Origin: Candidatus Babelota bacterium
Lineage (GTDB): Bacteria > Babelota > Babeliae > Babelales > JABDEC01
Direction of reading: 5' to 3'
NCBI GenBank assembly: GCA_013287265.1
Contig: JABDEC010000005.1
Coordinates: forward strand, 265-64,264
DNA: 64,000 nt
Shown here: piece by piece, positions 34,099-42,046 of the stretch
Numbering within the stretch: the first letter of the stretch is position 1
Layout: every line of letters starts with the position of its first letter
Made by a program: the position numbers and the translations under genes
Notes under the pieces: generated by a model
The model's input: only the letters and a program-made list of their open reading frames with translations
The model's database searches: none
Told to the model about the DNA's origin: nothing

Positions 34099-34653
34099 TT
34101 AATCCCAACTTAAAGAACCGCTTGTCTGATGTTCAGTAACTCGGGTTTCGCCATACTGAGCCAGGTAATCTGCCGCCAAATTAATTACATCTTCATTGGT
34201 CAAAGAATTTCTGTGAACTAAAATATCAGCTTGCAAAAAATGCTTCTTTGCTTGCAATTTTATTGCTTCTGGCAAATCATCAATTAAGGTTAAAAATATA
34301 CTTACTGGAGAAGAAAAATTTTGCATAAAAAGATGCTCTTCATCAGAAATAGGTTTTCCTTTAGATAATCTATCAATAGCTTCATTTCGTTCTTTAATGC
34401 CTTTTTGAACAATTTCGGCTAATTTCTTTTTTTCATTCTCAAATTTTTCTAACAATTTCTTATGTTCAGAATCAACAAGACATGTTACGACTTGTCTGCT
34501 TTGATTAGAAATATTTTGTACTGTCATTTGCCCATCGCGTTCTTCTGCGCTACAAACTACTTTTTTGCAACCAACATCTAATTCTTCAAACTTTTCGCAG
34601 CAATTTAAAGGATTTATAGAAACAAAGAATATGATAAAAAATATTTTCTTCAT
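34099..34653 (-). CDS. hypothetical secreted protein
   Basis: Signal peptide MKKIFFIIFFVSINPLNC; an alternative ATG at 34665 overlaps the upstream stop. Confidence 0.55.
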   Translation of the reverse strand: MKKIFFIIFFVSINPLNCCEKFEELDVGCKKVVCSAEERDGQMTVQNISNQSRQVVTCLVDSEHKKLLEKFENEKKKLAEIVQKGIKERNEAIDRLSKGKPISDEEHLFMQNFSSPVSIFLTLIDDLPEAIKLQAKKHFLQADILVHRNSLTNEDVINLAADYLAQYGETRVTEHQTSGSLSWD

Positions 34654-34657
34654 AAAT

Positions 34658-35281
34658 TCATCCATTTATAAAATCAATTTCTTCGATCACAAAACCATTA
34701 CTTTTAAAAGTTTTTACTCTTTTTATATTTTTATCATAAATTTTTCGTATTATATCGAAATGGCCATCTGCATTATCAAGAGCAACACCATGTTTAGTCA
34801 AACTCATTAATGCTTCATCACCAAATTTCAATGGCACAAATTGACAAGAAAATCCCAACTTTGGCCCATGAAATTGGCAATACAATTTATCGCAATCAAT
34901 AAAAGTCACTTCAAATGATACTTCGGATTCATAAATTCGCTTACTAATTCGGCTAATTTTTTTTTGCTTTCCCAGAACATTCATGTAAAAACATGGTTTT
35001 CTCAAAAAGATATCTTTCTCAAAACAAATTATGCCCAGCGCCTCTATTTCTTCAATTCTTTTCAATAATTTACTTTTTGCATGCTCAGGCAAATCAATAT
35101 TTCTACCAAGAATTTTATAATATAAATCGAGGCGTTTCTCCATTTGTAATTCCACTTGTAATTCACTAATAAAGTCTTGCTGCTCTGTTTGTTCTTTTTT
35201 TTCGCCTTCTGAAAAATCAGACGCGCTAATCTGTTGACAGCAAATTAAAATTAAAAAAATAAATAATCTTATATTTTTCAT
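34658..35281 (-). CDS. secreted protein (Cys-Cys/aromatic-LxxxY superfamily, long form)
   Basis: Signal peptide; LYCQFHGPKLGFSCQF...HFDIIRKIY. Confidence 0.55.
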   Translation of the reverse strand: MKNIRLFIFLILICCQQISASDFSEGEKKEQTEQQDFISELQVELQMEKRLDLYYKILGRNIDLPEHAKSKLLKRIEEIEALGIICFEKDIFLRKPCFYMNVLGKQKKISRISKRIYESEVSFEVTFIDCDKLYCQFHGPKLGFSCQFVPLKFGDEALMSLTKHGVALDNADGHFDIIRKIYDKNIKRVKTFKSNGFVIEEIDFING

Positions 35282-35302
35282 AAATTAATCCATTTGTTAA
35301 TC

Positions 35303-35692
35303 TTAATTAATAATACAGCCAGAGCTGTCACCATTTTTATTTTGATCTGAATTTTGTTGATTATATAAACTTGCTAACCTAGCATGATGATCTTCCGCAT
35401 TATTCAAACCCAAAGAAATTCCATCTTCTTCTAATAATTCACAAAAATAAAATATACTATCATCATTTTCCCGTTTTATTTTACGGCAAGTAATCGCAGC
35501 ACGCCAGTGGTTATCAAGTGAAGAACGATAAGTCACATTTGGTTCTTTTCCGAATTTTTCAATAATGCCAGTTAATTGGTACCCGGCTATATAATTTACA
35601 TTTTTTCCCTTTTCAGATTTTTTGTCTATTTCTGCAGAAAATGCAAAATTATTAACGAATAATAATAAAATTAACGTTTTTAAAAATTTCAT
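35303..35692 (-). CDS. small secreted protein (NNFAFSAE subfamily) ending in GCIIN
   Basis: MKFLKTLILLLFVNNFAFSAE leader; ...HARLASLYNQQNSDQNKNGDSSGCIIN*. Confidence 0.65.
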   Translation of the reverse strand: MKFLKTLILLLFVNNFAFSAEIDKKSEKGKNVNYIAGYQLTGIIEKFGKEPNVTYRSSLDNHWRAAITCRKIKRENDDSIFYFCELLEEDGISLGLNNAEDHHARLASLYNQQNSDQNKNGDSSGCIIN

Positions 35693-35700
35693 TTTTTACC

Positions 35701-36255
35701 TCATGATTTCAAAGTGATTTCAAACTTCCAATTATCATTATAATTATTTGGTGCAATAAATTGAATCAAGTCGCAATTTTTAATATTGAAATTTTCAATT
35801 TTTGCATAATAACAAATTGCCCAAAATGTTCCTGAATGAGCAATAATTAATGATGAATTAGAATTTTCAAGACAAGAATTTATCCCATTTAAAGTTCTTC
35901 GGAAAAACAGTTCTTTGGTTTCGCCATTTGGCGGATAAATTTGGTCAATATTTTCTATATTTAATGAATCCCATCTTTTGTTTTGCCAATTTCCAAAATG
36001 CCATTCTTTTAAATTATCAACTTCTTGTTTAAAGATCTCTTTATCTTTAAAAATAATTTCTGCAGTTTCTCTAGCGCGTAACAATGGACTGTAAAAAATC
36101 TTATCAAAAGTGATTTGTGAAATTTTAGATTTTAACTTTATTGCTTGATTTTTTCCATTATCATTAAGGGGAATATCTAATTGTCCCATGCATCTATTTT
36201 GAGAATTCCAATCAGTTTCTCCGTGACGTACAAAATAAAATGATTTTTTAATCAT
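35701..36255 (-). CDS. histidine phosphatase (phosphoglycerate mutase family)
   Basis: FYFVRHGETDWN catalytic motif. ATG 36255 is preferred, 4 nt after the upstream stop; the track start 36288 overlaps. Confidence 0.8.
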   Translation of the reverse strand: MIKKSFYFVRHGETDWNSQNRCMGQLDIPLNDNGKNQAIKLKSKISQITFDKIFYSPLLRARETAEIIFKDKEIFKQEVDNLKEWHFGNWQNKRWDSLNIENIDQIYPPNGETKELFFRRTLNGINSCLENSNSSLIIAHSGTFWAICYYAKIENFNIKNCDLIQFIAPNNYNDNWKFEITLKS

Positions 36256-36259
36256 TGAT

Positions 36260-36673
36260 TTAATTAATAATGCACCCGGCATCTTCATTTTTTTTTGAAT
36301 TCTTTTTATCTCTTAATAATTGATTTTGTTTGTAAAGCTCAGCACACAATTTCGCTTTTTCCTTGTCCATTCCATCAATCATTTTACCCCCAGCATAATT
36401 AATCCAAGCTTGTTTCTGTACGCTTGCAGGTAATCCTCGTATGCCATTGCAAAATGTTTTGGCTGGCTCAGGCAGTTCTTCAACTCCGCATTTTTCAAAA
36501 TTTTTGCAATCTTCTTCATATTGTTGGATTACAGCATCCAAATATTCATCACTGACACGCTCTGAATTATCGTATACTTTCAATGGATTTATTTCATTAT
36601 TAGATCCTAATTCAACTTCTTGAGAATTAATTAAATTTATTTGTAAAAAAAATAATAACAAAGTTTTTTTCAT
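36260..36673 (-). CDS. small secreted protein (GI-x-x-LP..VQ.KAW family) ending in GCIIN
   Basis: Signal peptide; GIRGLPASVQKQAW ... AELYKQNQ ... KKNSKKNEDAGCIIN*. Confidence 0.65.
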   Translation of the reverse strand: MKKTLLLFFLQINLINSQEVELGSNNEINPLKVYDNSERVSDEYLDAVIQQYEEDCKNFEKCGVEELPEPAKTFCNGIRGLPASVQKQAWINYAGGKMIDGMDKEKAKLCAELYKQNQLLRDKKNSKKNEDAGCIIN

Positions 36674-36720
36674 AACTTTTTTCTTTCAATTTCAATAAAA
36701 CCATTTATTTTTACTATAAT

Positions 36721-37992
36721 TCATTTTATTCGCTTAAAAATGTCTTTATCAAAGATCTTAGCAATATATGCATTTGAAAAAATATCATTCGGGTCTAATC
36801 GTTTTTTCACTTCAATAAAATATAATAGGTTGTCACCATAGAGTGCGAATGCTTTCTCATAATCCAAGAAATGATTTTTTCCCCAATGTGGGCGTCCCTT
36901 TAATGTATACATGCATTGTTCAAAGTCCTGCAATACTTCATAATAACGCTGGTCTACAACAGTATTTATATTTAAAAATATCACATCATAGTCTGCACAT
37001 GGACTTAAATACGCATGTTGATCAGCTTTTGCAAAACGACCGTTTATATAAGAAATCTCTTTACCATTATGTTGCCATTTTTGCACAAAAGCCTTGATAG
37101 TCTTCATTGCTTCTGATAGTAGATCAACAGAAATTGCAATTTCTGAACAAAGTACGGGGCCGCATATCTTCCCTTTTTCACATGCCAAAGCTTCATAACT
37201 ATACTGTACCGATTCCGACACAGGCGCATCAAAAGAAACTCGATTCCAAAATTCAATAATAGCCATATTTGTTTTGGCATTCCAACGAAACTGAAAAAAA
37301 TTATTTTCTTCATGAAGTTGTTTAAAACGGACTATCAAATCATCTATACTAATACTGCTTTTACGATATTCCAATTTAAAAAGAGATTCACATTGTAAAG
37401 TAATTGAATATAGAACACCTAAAGTACCCAAACTAACACATGCAGCATGAAAAGCAGATACATCACTATCAAGCGAAAGCCGATGTATGACACCGTCAGC
37501 AGTAATCAGTTCCATTTGAGTAATAAAACTTGATATTGTCCCAGTATGTCCTGTGCCATGAGAAGCTGTTGCTATAGCCCCACCTAATGTTGGCTCTGTT
37601 ATTGATATAAGATTAGAAAGCGCTAGATTATGTTGTGCAAGCAATGTGCTCAGTTTTTCTAAAGTAATACCAGCTTGTACAGTTACTTGCTGTTTAGCCT
37701 GATTAATAGAAATGATTTCATTTAAATTTTTTAAACTTATTAATAAATCATCACAGCATGCAATATCGTTCAATGAATGACCAGAACCGATAACCCGAAT
37801 TTTGTGATTTTTTTGTGCTGCATCGGTTATAACTGCTATTAGTTCATCTTTTGTTCGAGGGCTCATAATAGTACCACTACATGCATAGTTTTCAGACCAA
37901 TTGTGCCATGTTGGAGATCCTCCATTAATCAGATTAACAATAAGCATCAAAGAACTGATAATAGGAACACGAGTATCCATTCTCCTCCTCAT
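36721..37992 (-). CDS. FAD-linked aldonolactone oxidase (L-gulonolactone / D-arabinono-1,4-lactone oxidase family)
   Basis: PCMH-type FAD-binding N-terminal half (RVIGSGHS) and GRPHWGK motif of the ALO C-terminal domain. Confidence 0.75.
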   Translation of the reverse strand: MRRRMDTRVPIISSLMLIVNLINGGSPTWHNWSENYACSGTIMSPRTKDELIAVITDAAQKNHKIRVIGSGHSLNDIACCDDLLISLKNLNEIISINQAKQQVTVQAGITLEKLSTLLAQHNLALSNLISITEPTLGGAIATASHGTGHTGTISSFITQMELITADGVIHRLSLDSDVSAFHAACVSLGTLGVLYSITLQCESLFKLEYRKSSISIDDLIVRFKQLHEENNFFQFRWNAKTNMAIIEFWNRVSFDAPVSESVQYSYEALACEKGKICGPVLCSEIAISVDLLSEAMKTIKAFVQKWQHNGKEISYINGRFAKADQHAYLSPCADYDVIFLNINTVVDQRYYEVLQDFEQCMYTLKGRPHWGKNHFLDYEKAFALYGDNLLYFIEVKKRLDPNDIFSNAYIAKIFDKDIFKRIK

Positions 37993-38005
37993 TTTATAAG
38001 GTCTT

Positions 38006-38268
38006 TCTCATAAAACATTTTTTATGGCTGGGCAATTTTTAATTCTACTAAATAATAATCCCTATCGGAACCAAAGCTCAATTTTTTTGCCCAAGTTGTC
38101 GGATAGTTTTTTAAATCTGACGGCATTAATTTTTTAATATTATTAACATTAAAACCAAATTTTTCTAATTTTACAATGCATCCAAAATTGGCAATTCAAG
38201 ACGATCAATCTCTTTTTTTTCGTGTAAAATGTTATAATCGAAAATTATATGTATAGTAGCATTTGGTT
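38006..38268 (-). pseudogene. decayed 3' fragment of a second copy of the 40017-40679 methyltransferase gene
   Basis: Aligns by eye with 40024-40308 (long identical runs such as ctactaaataataatccctatcggaaccaaagctcaattttttt gcccaagttgtcggatag), with an internal deletion and substitutions. Confidence 0.75.
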
Positions 38269-38289
38269 CCAGTCTCAATAAAATATTTT

Positions 38290-38760
38290 CTAATTAATTA
38301 TACAACCCGAACCTTCATTCTTTTTTGAATTTGTAACTTTAATCATGGTGTCTGGTTTGTTTTGATATATTTTTGCTAAGTTTTGAGCTTTTTGATGCCA
38401 CATTCCTTTTGCAAATTTTTCATAATGATAATGTCTCCAGGCTTTTATTTGAACTTCATCAGGCAAATTTTTTATTCCAGCCACAAAACGATCTTCGGCT
38501 CTTTCAAATTCATAAGCACCATTTTCTTCACTTACAGCATCTGCTAAATGCGATGACCAATGATTTTCTTTGACGACTTGCTCATAATCTTCTTGCAAAT
38601 CATATTCAAGTTGCGGTTCATCATCTAATTTTTTTGTTAGAAATGCAGGCAAATCTCTCTTTTCCTTGTTTTCAGCTTCTTGATCAAAATCTTGATCTGA
38701 ATCGAAAGAAAAAATTTGCAAAGTTAACAATAAATTAAAAAAAATTAGAATTCTTTTCAT
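38290..38760 (-). CDS. secreted protein (GI-x-x-LP..VQ.KAW family) ending in GCIIN
   Basis: ATG 38760 gives MKRILIFFNLLLTLQIFS; GIKNLPDEVQIKAW ... AKIYQNKP ... NSKKNEGSGCIIN*. Confidence 0.65.
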   Translation of the reverse strand: MKRILIFFNLLLTLQIFSFDSDQDFDQEAENKEKRDLPAFLTKKLDDEPQLEYDLQEDYEQVVKENHWSSHLADAVSEENGAYEFERAEDRFVAGIKNLPDEVQIKAWRHYHYEKFAKGMWHQKAQNLAKIYQNKPDTMIKVTNSKKNEGSGCIIN

Positions 38761-38782
38761 ATGTTCCTGATAATTTAATATT

Positions 38783-39931
38783 TTATCCAATTCCATAGAA
38801 TTTTTTTGCATTTGAAATCATGGTATCAAATTCTTCTTCATTGGGAGTAGATTCATCTGCATTTTCTATAAAAGTGCCACCTACAACGCCAATATCATTA
38901 GCTTCTGCATTTTCTAATTGTTTTGGAAAAATATAAAAAGATCTTTTTACTTTTTGGCCATTTTTATTTTTTGATTCATCAAAATAAACTAACAACATAT
39001 AATTCAAATCTTTTGGTTCTTGATCTTTTAACATAATAAGATGTCCTTGCACTGAAACCATTTTGTTATCATTATTAAGATTTTTAGATCCTAAACCTGA
39101 GCAATTAATAATATATTTTGTCTCAATCTCAGAAAATGAATTAACATGCTTTTTTTCAAATTTCACCAATGGTTTTAAATATTTATTTAGTTCTGTCATT
39201 AATTTTGGAGTATTTACAAAAATTCCATCGTCATAACTCACCATTACTTGAGTTTTTCCGTTTGAAAAATCCAGAACAACATCCTTTGCAGGTTGCATTA
39301 CTTTTCCAACATATGGTTCTAAACCAGATTCTTCGCGATTTCTAAAATATGTAGGAACAATTATTGCTCCATCTTTTATTATTGAATTTTGATTTTTTGC
39401 AATTGATTCATAAAATTTATACGCATCAATTCCAACTTTTTCAATTACGTTTTGAATATCTTTTAATCTTGGATCATTATCCATAGAAACTGGAGCAATT
39501 AAACCACCAGCATTATGTGAAGTTAAATTTTCTGTTTTATCCGCAACTATAGTTAGGTTCGTAAAACCTTTATTAACTAGATCATAAGCGGTAAATAAAC
39601 CTAAAATACCAGCACCAATGATTGTAATAGGAGTTTCTTTAGTTATTTCAGGACATTTTTTTAATAATAAATCATTTACATAATTAGCTGAGCCAGGCCC
39701 GAGAGTCCAACCACTTCCGCCATGACCATAGTTATGAGCTACAACTTTATCACCTAAAAATTCAACTTCCATTCTTGGACATTCTCTTCTCATTGGTCTG
39801 TAGCAAAGAATTTTTTTGCCTAAATTTTCTTCATTTAATTTTGGAGGAATGATTTTTCTTATTTCAATTTCAGATAAAAGTAAGCAATTAATAGCGAGTA
39901 ATAAAGAAAATGAAAAATGTTTGAATTTCAT
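38783..39931 (-). CDS. D-amino-acid-oxidase-like FAD flavoprotein, apparently circularly permuted, with signal peptide
   Basis: RPMRRECPRMEVEF..VAHNYGHGGSGWT (normally C-terminal in DAAO) precedes the ITIIGAGILGLFTAYDL dinucleotide fold. Confidence 0.7.
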   Translation of the reverse strand: MKFKHFSFSLLLAINCLLLSEIEIRKIIPPKLNEENLGKKILCYRPMRRECPRMEVEFLGDKVVAHNYGHGGSGWTLGPGSANYVNDLLLKKCPEITKETPITIIGAGILGLFTAYDLVNKGFTNLTIVADKTENLTSHNAGGLIAPVSMDNDPRLKDIQNVIEKVGIDAYKFYESIAKNQNSIIKDGAIIVPTYFRNREESGLEPYVGKVMQPAKDVVLDFSNGKTQVMVSYDDGIFVNTPKLMTELNKYLKPLVKFEKKHVNSFSEIETKYIINCSGLGSKNLNNDNKMVSVQGHLIMLKDQEPKDLNYMLLVYFDESKNKNGQKVKRSFYIFPKQLENAEANDIGVVGGTFIENADESTPNEEEFDTMISNAKKFYGIG

Positions 39932-39992
39932 GATGTACCTCTTAGCAAAAATTAAAAATTATGATTATAGATTATAAACCTGAAATGATTAT

Positions 39993-40057
39993 TTAGAAAT
40001 TACTTTAATATTTTTTTCATAAAATATTTTTTATGATTTGGCGGGCAATTTTCAATT
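39993..40057. repeat. 65-nt segment shared with 42047-42110 (3' end plus downstream of two unrelated genes)
   Basis: ttaga(a/t)attactttaatatttttttcataaaatattttt(t)atgatttggcgggcaattttcaatt; differs by one T and one substitution. Confidence 0.85.
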
Positions 40058-40679
40058 CTACTAAATAATAATCCCTATCGGAACCAAAGCTCAATTTTTT
40101 TGCCCAAGTTGTCGGATAGTTTTTTAAATCTGCAGGCATTAATTTTTTAATATTATTAACATTAAATCCAAATTTTTCTAATTTTGGAATAAACATATTT
40201 TTAAAATATGCTTCATTTAAAATTGGCAATTCAAGACGATCAATCTCTTTTTTATCATGTAAAATGTTATAACCAAAAATTATCTGTATAGTAGCGTTGG
40301 CTTTGCAAATCTTTTTAATGTTTTGCCACGTCAATTCATTAACTGCCACAACTCCTTGTAATAAAGTACCCCATGGAAAATTAATATAAATTTTATCCGC
40401 AATGTTAATTAAATCATCAGGCAAGTTTTCAACGTTAGTCAATACGAATATTAAATTAGATAAACCACCTTTAGCCGGTTTTTTTAAAGCCTTGGCAGAC
40501 GTCTCAATTAAGTTTTCATGACAAGTATCAATACCTATCACAAACTTATCAGGATTTTGTTTTGCAATTTGATATGCGAATGTACCGTCTCCGGTACCAA
40601 TATCGACAATAGTTGATGATCAACGTCAATGATCACTTAGATTTAATTCAACTATTTTTTTACTTTGAATAACCTTCAT
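40017..40679 (-). pseudogene. 16S rRNA (adenine1408-N1)-methyltransferase-like gene (NpmA/KamB family) with two in-frame TGA codons
   Basis: Single frame from ATG 40679: MKVIQSKKIVELNLSDH*R*SSTIVDIGTGDG...FPWGTLL...WAKKLSFGSDRDYY. TGA at 40626-40628 and 40620-40622. Confidence 0.7.
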
Positions 40680-40917
40680 AGTTCACTTTCGAGATATAAG
40701 ATATTATCATTTATTTTAAGTTATTTATGAAAAATATCAATTTACTTTTTTAGCAACATGATTGCCATTTTGAATTAAAATTAATTCTGTAACTTGATTA
40801 TACCGCTTTTCATCGTCCAGCATAATTGAGATTTTTGAGCCCGTCGGTAATCTTGCATTAGGCTTCATTTTTAATCATACTGAAGGAAGTTATATTCTCA
40901 ATCAAAAAGGCTTAATT

Positions 40918-41967
40918 ATGTGGCTTTATCGCTTTAGAATCATTAGTTTATGTGTATTTAGTTTGTTTATAGGTTTGTTTTGTTTGGGAGTTCTTTATCA
41001 ATTCATAAGTACTGAGTTAGATGAAATCAGATATCCTGCTCCGGGAAAATTAGTTGATATTGGCGGTTATAAAATGCACATTAATTGTTCTGGCTCTGGA
41101 GGGCCATCGGTAATTCTTGATGCAGGCGGTGGGCACTTTTCGCTATCATGGGCATTTGTGCAGCCAGAAATAGCAGAGTTTACGCATGTATGCAGCTATG
41201 ATAGGGCAGGCACCGGCTGGAGTGAATCAAGTCCATTATCGCGAACAGCACAAAGTATAGTTAAGGAATTGCATGATTTGCTGCAGACAGCTCATGTGCC
41301 TAAACCATATATTTTGGTAGGACATTCTATTGGTGGGATATATATGCGGCTTTATGCCAATACATATCCAGAGGAAGTATATGGAGTGGTGCTAGTAGAT
41401 TCTTCGCATGAACTGCAGCAAAAAAAAATGCAGGAATTTGGTTTGCGGTGTCCACAACAAAATGAACCATTTATGCAGAAATTACTTGGTTGGTTCGCCG
41501 GTTCTTATATAGCTGATATATCTGGTCTAACTCGTTTATATTTAAAATTATTATATAAAGATTTTATTGCGGGTAGCCCTGAGTCTGTTCGCGCAAAATT
41601 TGAGTCTCGTTTGATTTTACCATCATCTTGGCATGCAATGATGCAAGGAAATTTTGACGAAGATTATAGACAACTTAAAAACTCAAAAAATCTTTTGGAT
41701 AATAAACCATTGATTGTTATCTCAGCTGGAAAAACGCCAACTCCCCAAAAAGTTGGATTATCTCAAGATACTGAACACCAAGAACTCAGTAAGATATACA
41801 CAGAGTTCCATTATAAAGTCTGGTTACCATTGCAAAAAGATTTAGCAACTAAATCCACTAGAGGCAAACAACTTATCGCTGAAAAGAGTGACCATATGAT
41901 TAATTTCTACCAGCCGGAAATTATAGTGAGCGCTATTAAGGAGATGGTTGATGAATATAGGAGATGA
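40918..41967 (+). CDS. alpha/beta hydrolase with N-terminal membrane anchor
   Basis: VGHSIGG nucleophile elbow; clearly higher G+C than its surroundings. Confidence 0.75.
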   Translation: MWLYRFRIISLCVFSLFIGLFCLGVLYQFISTELDEIRYPAPGKLVDIGGYKMHINCSGSGGPSVILDAGGGHFSLSWAFVQPEIAEFTHVCSYDRAGTGWSESSPLSRTAQSIVKELHDLLQTAHVPKPYILVGHSIGGIYMRLYANTYPEEVYGVVLVDSSHELQQKKMQEFGLRCPQQNEPFMQKLLGWFAGSYIADISGLTRLYLKLLYKDFIAGSPESVRAKFESRLILPSSWHAMMQGNFDEDYRQLKNSKNLLDNKPLIVISAGKTPTPQKVGLSQDTEHQELSKIYTEFHYKVWLPLQKDLATKSTRGKQLIAEKSDHMINFYQPEIIVSAIKEMVDEYRR

Positions 41968-42046
41968 CTTAATGAAAGTGCTCATAGGTAGTCGAATTCG
42001 AAGCCCCGCATATAATTCAAATAGGCTATTTCAGTGTACGATTTGC

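Noticed and set aside
40620-40628. Alternative genetic code (TGA as sense codon) to explain the two in-frame TGAs
   Set aside because: TGA clearly terminates other genes here. There are ATGA stop/start overlaps at 14269-14272 and 58103-58106, and the methyltransferase and GNAT genes themselves end in TGA.
40750-40878. 42-codon minus-strand ORF (MKPNARLPTGSKISIMLDDEKRYNQ...) between the methyltransferase pseudogene and the hydrolase
   Set aside because: No RBS or family evidence; likely a fragment in a decaying region.
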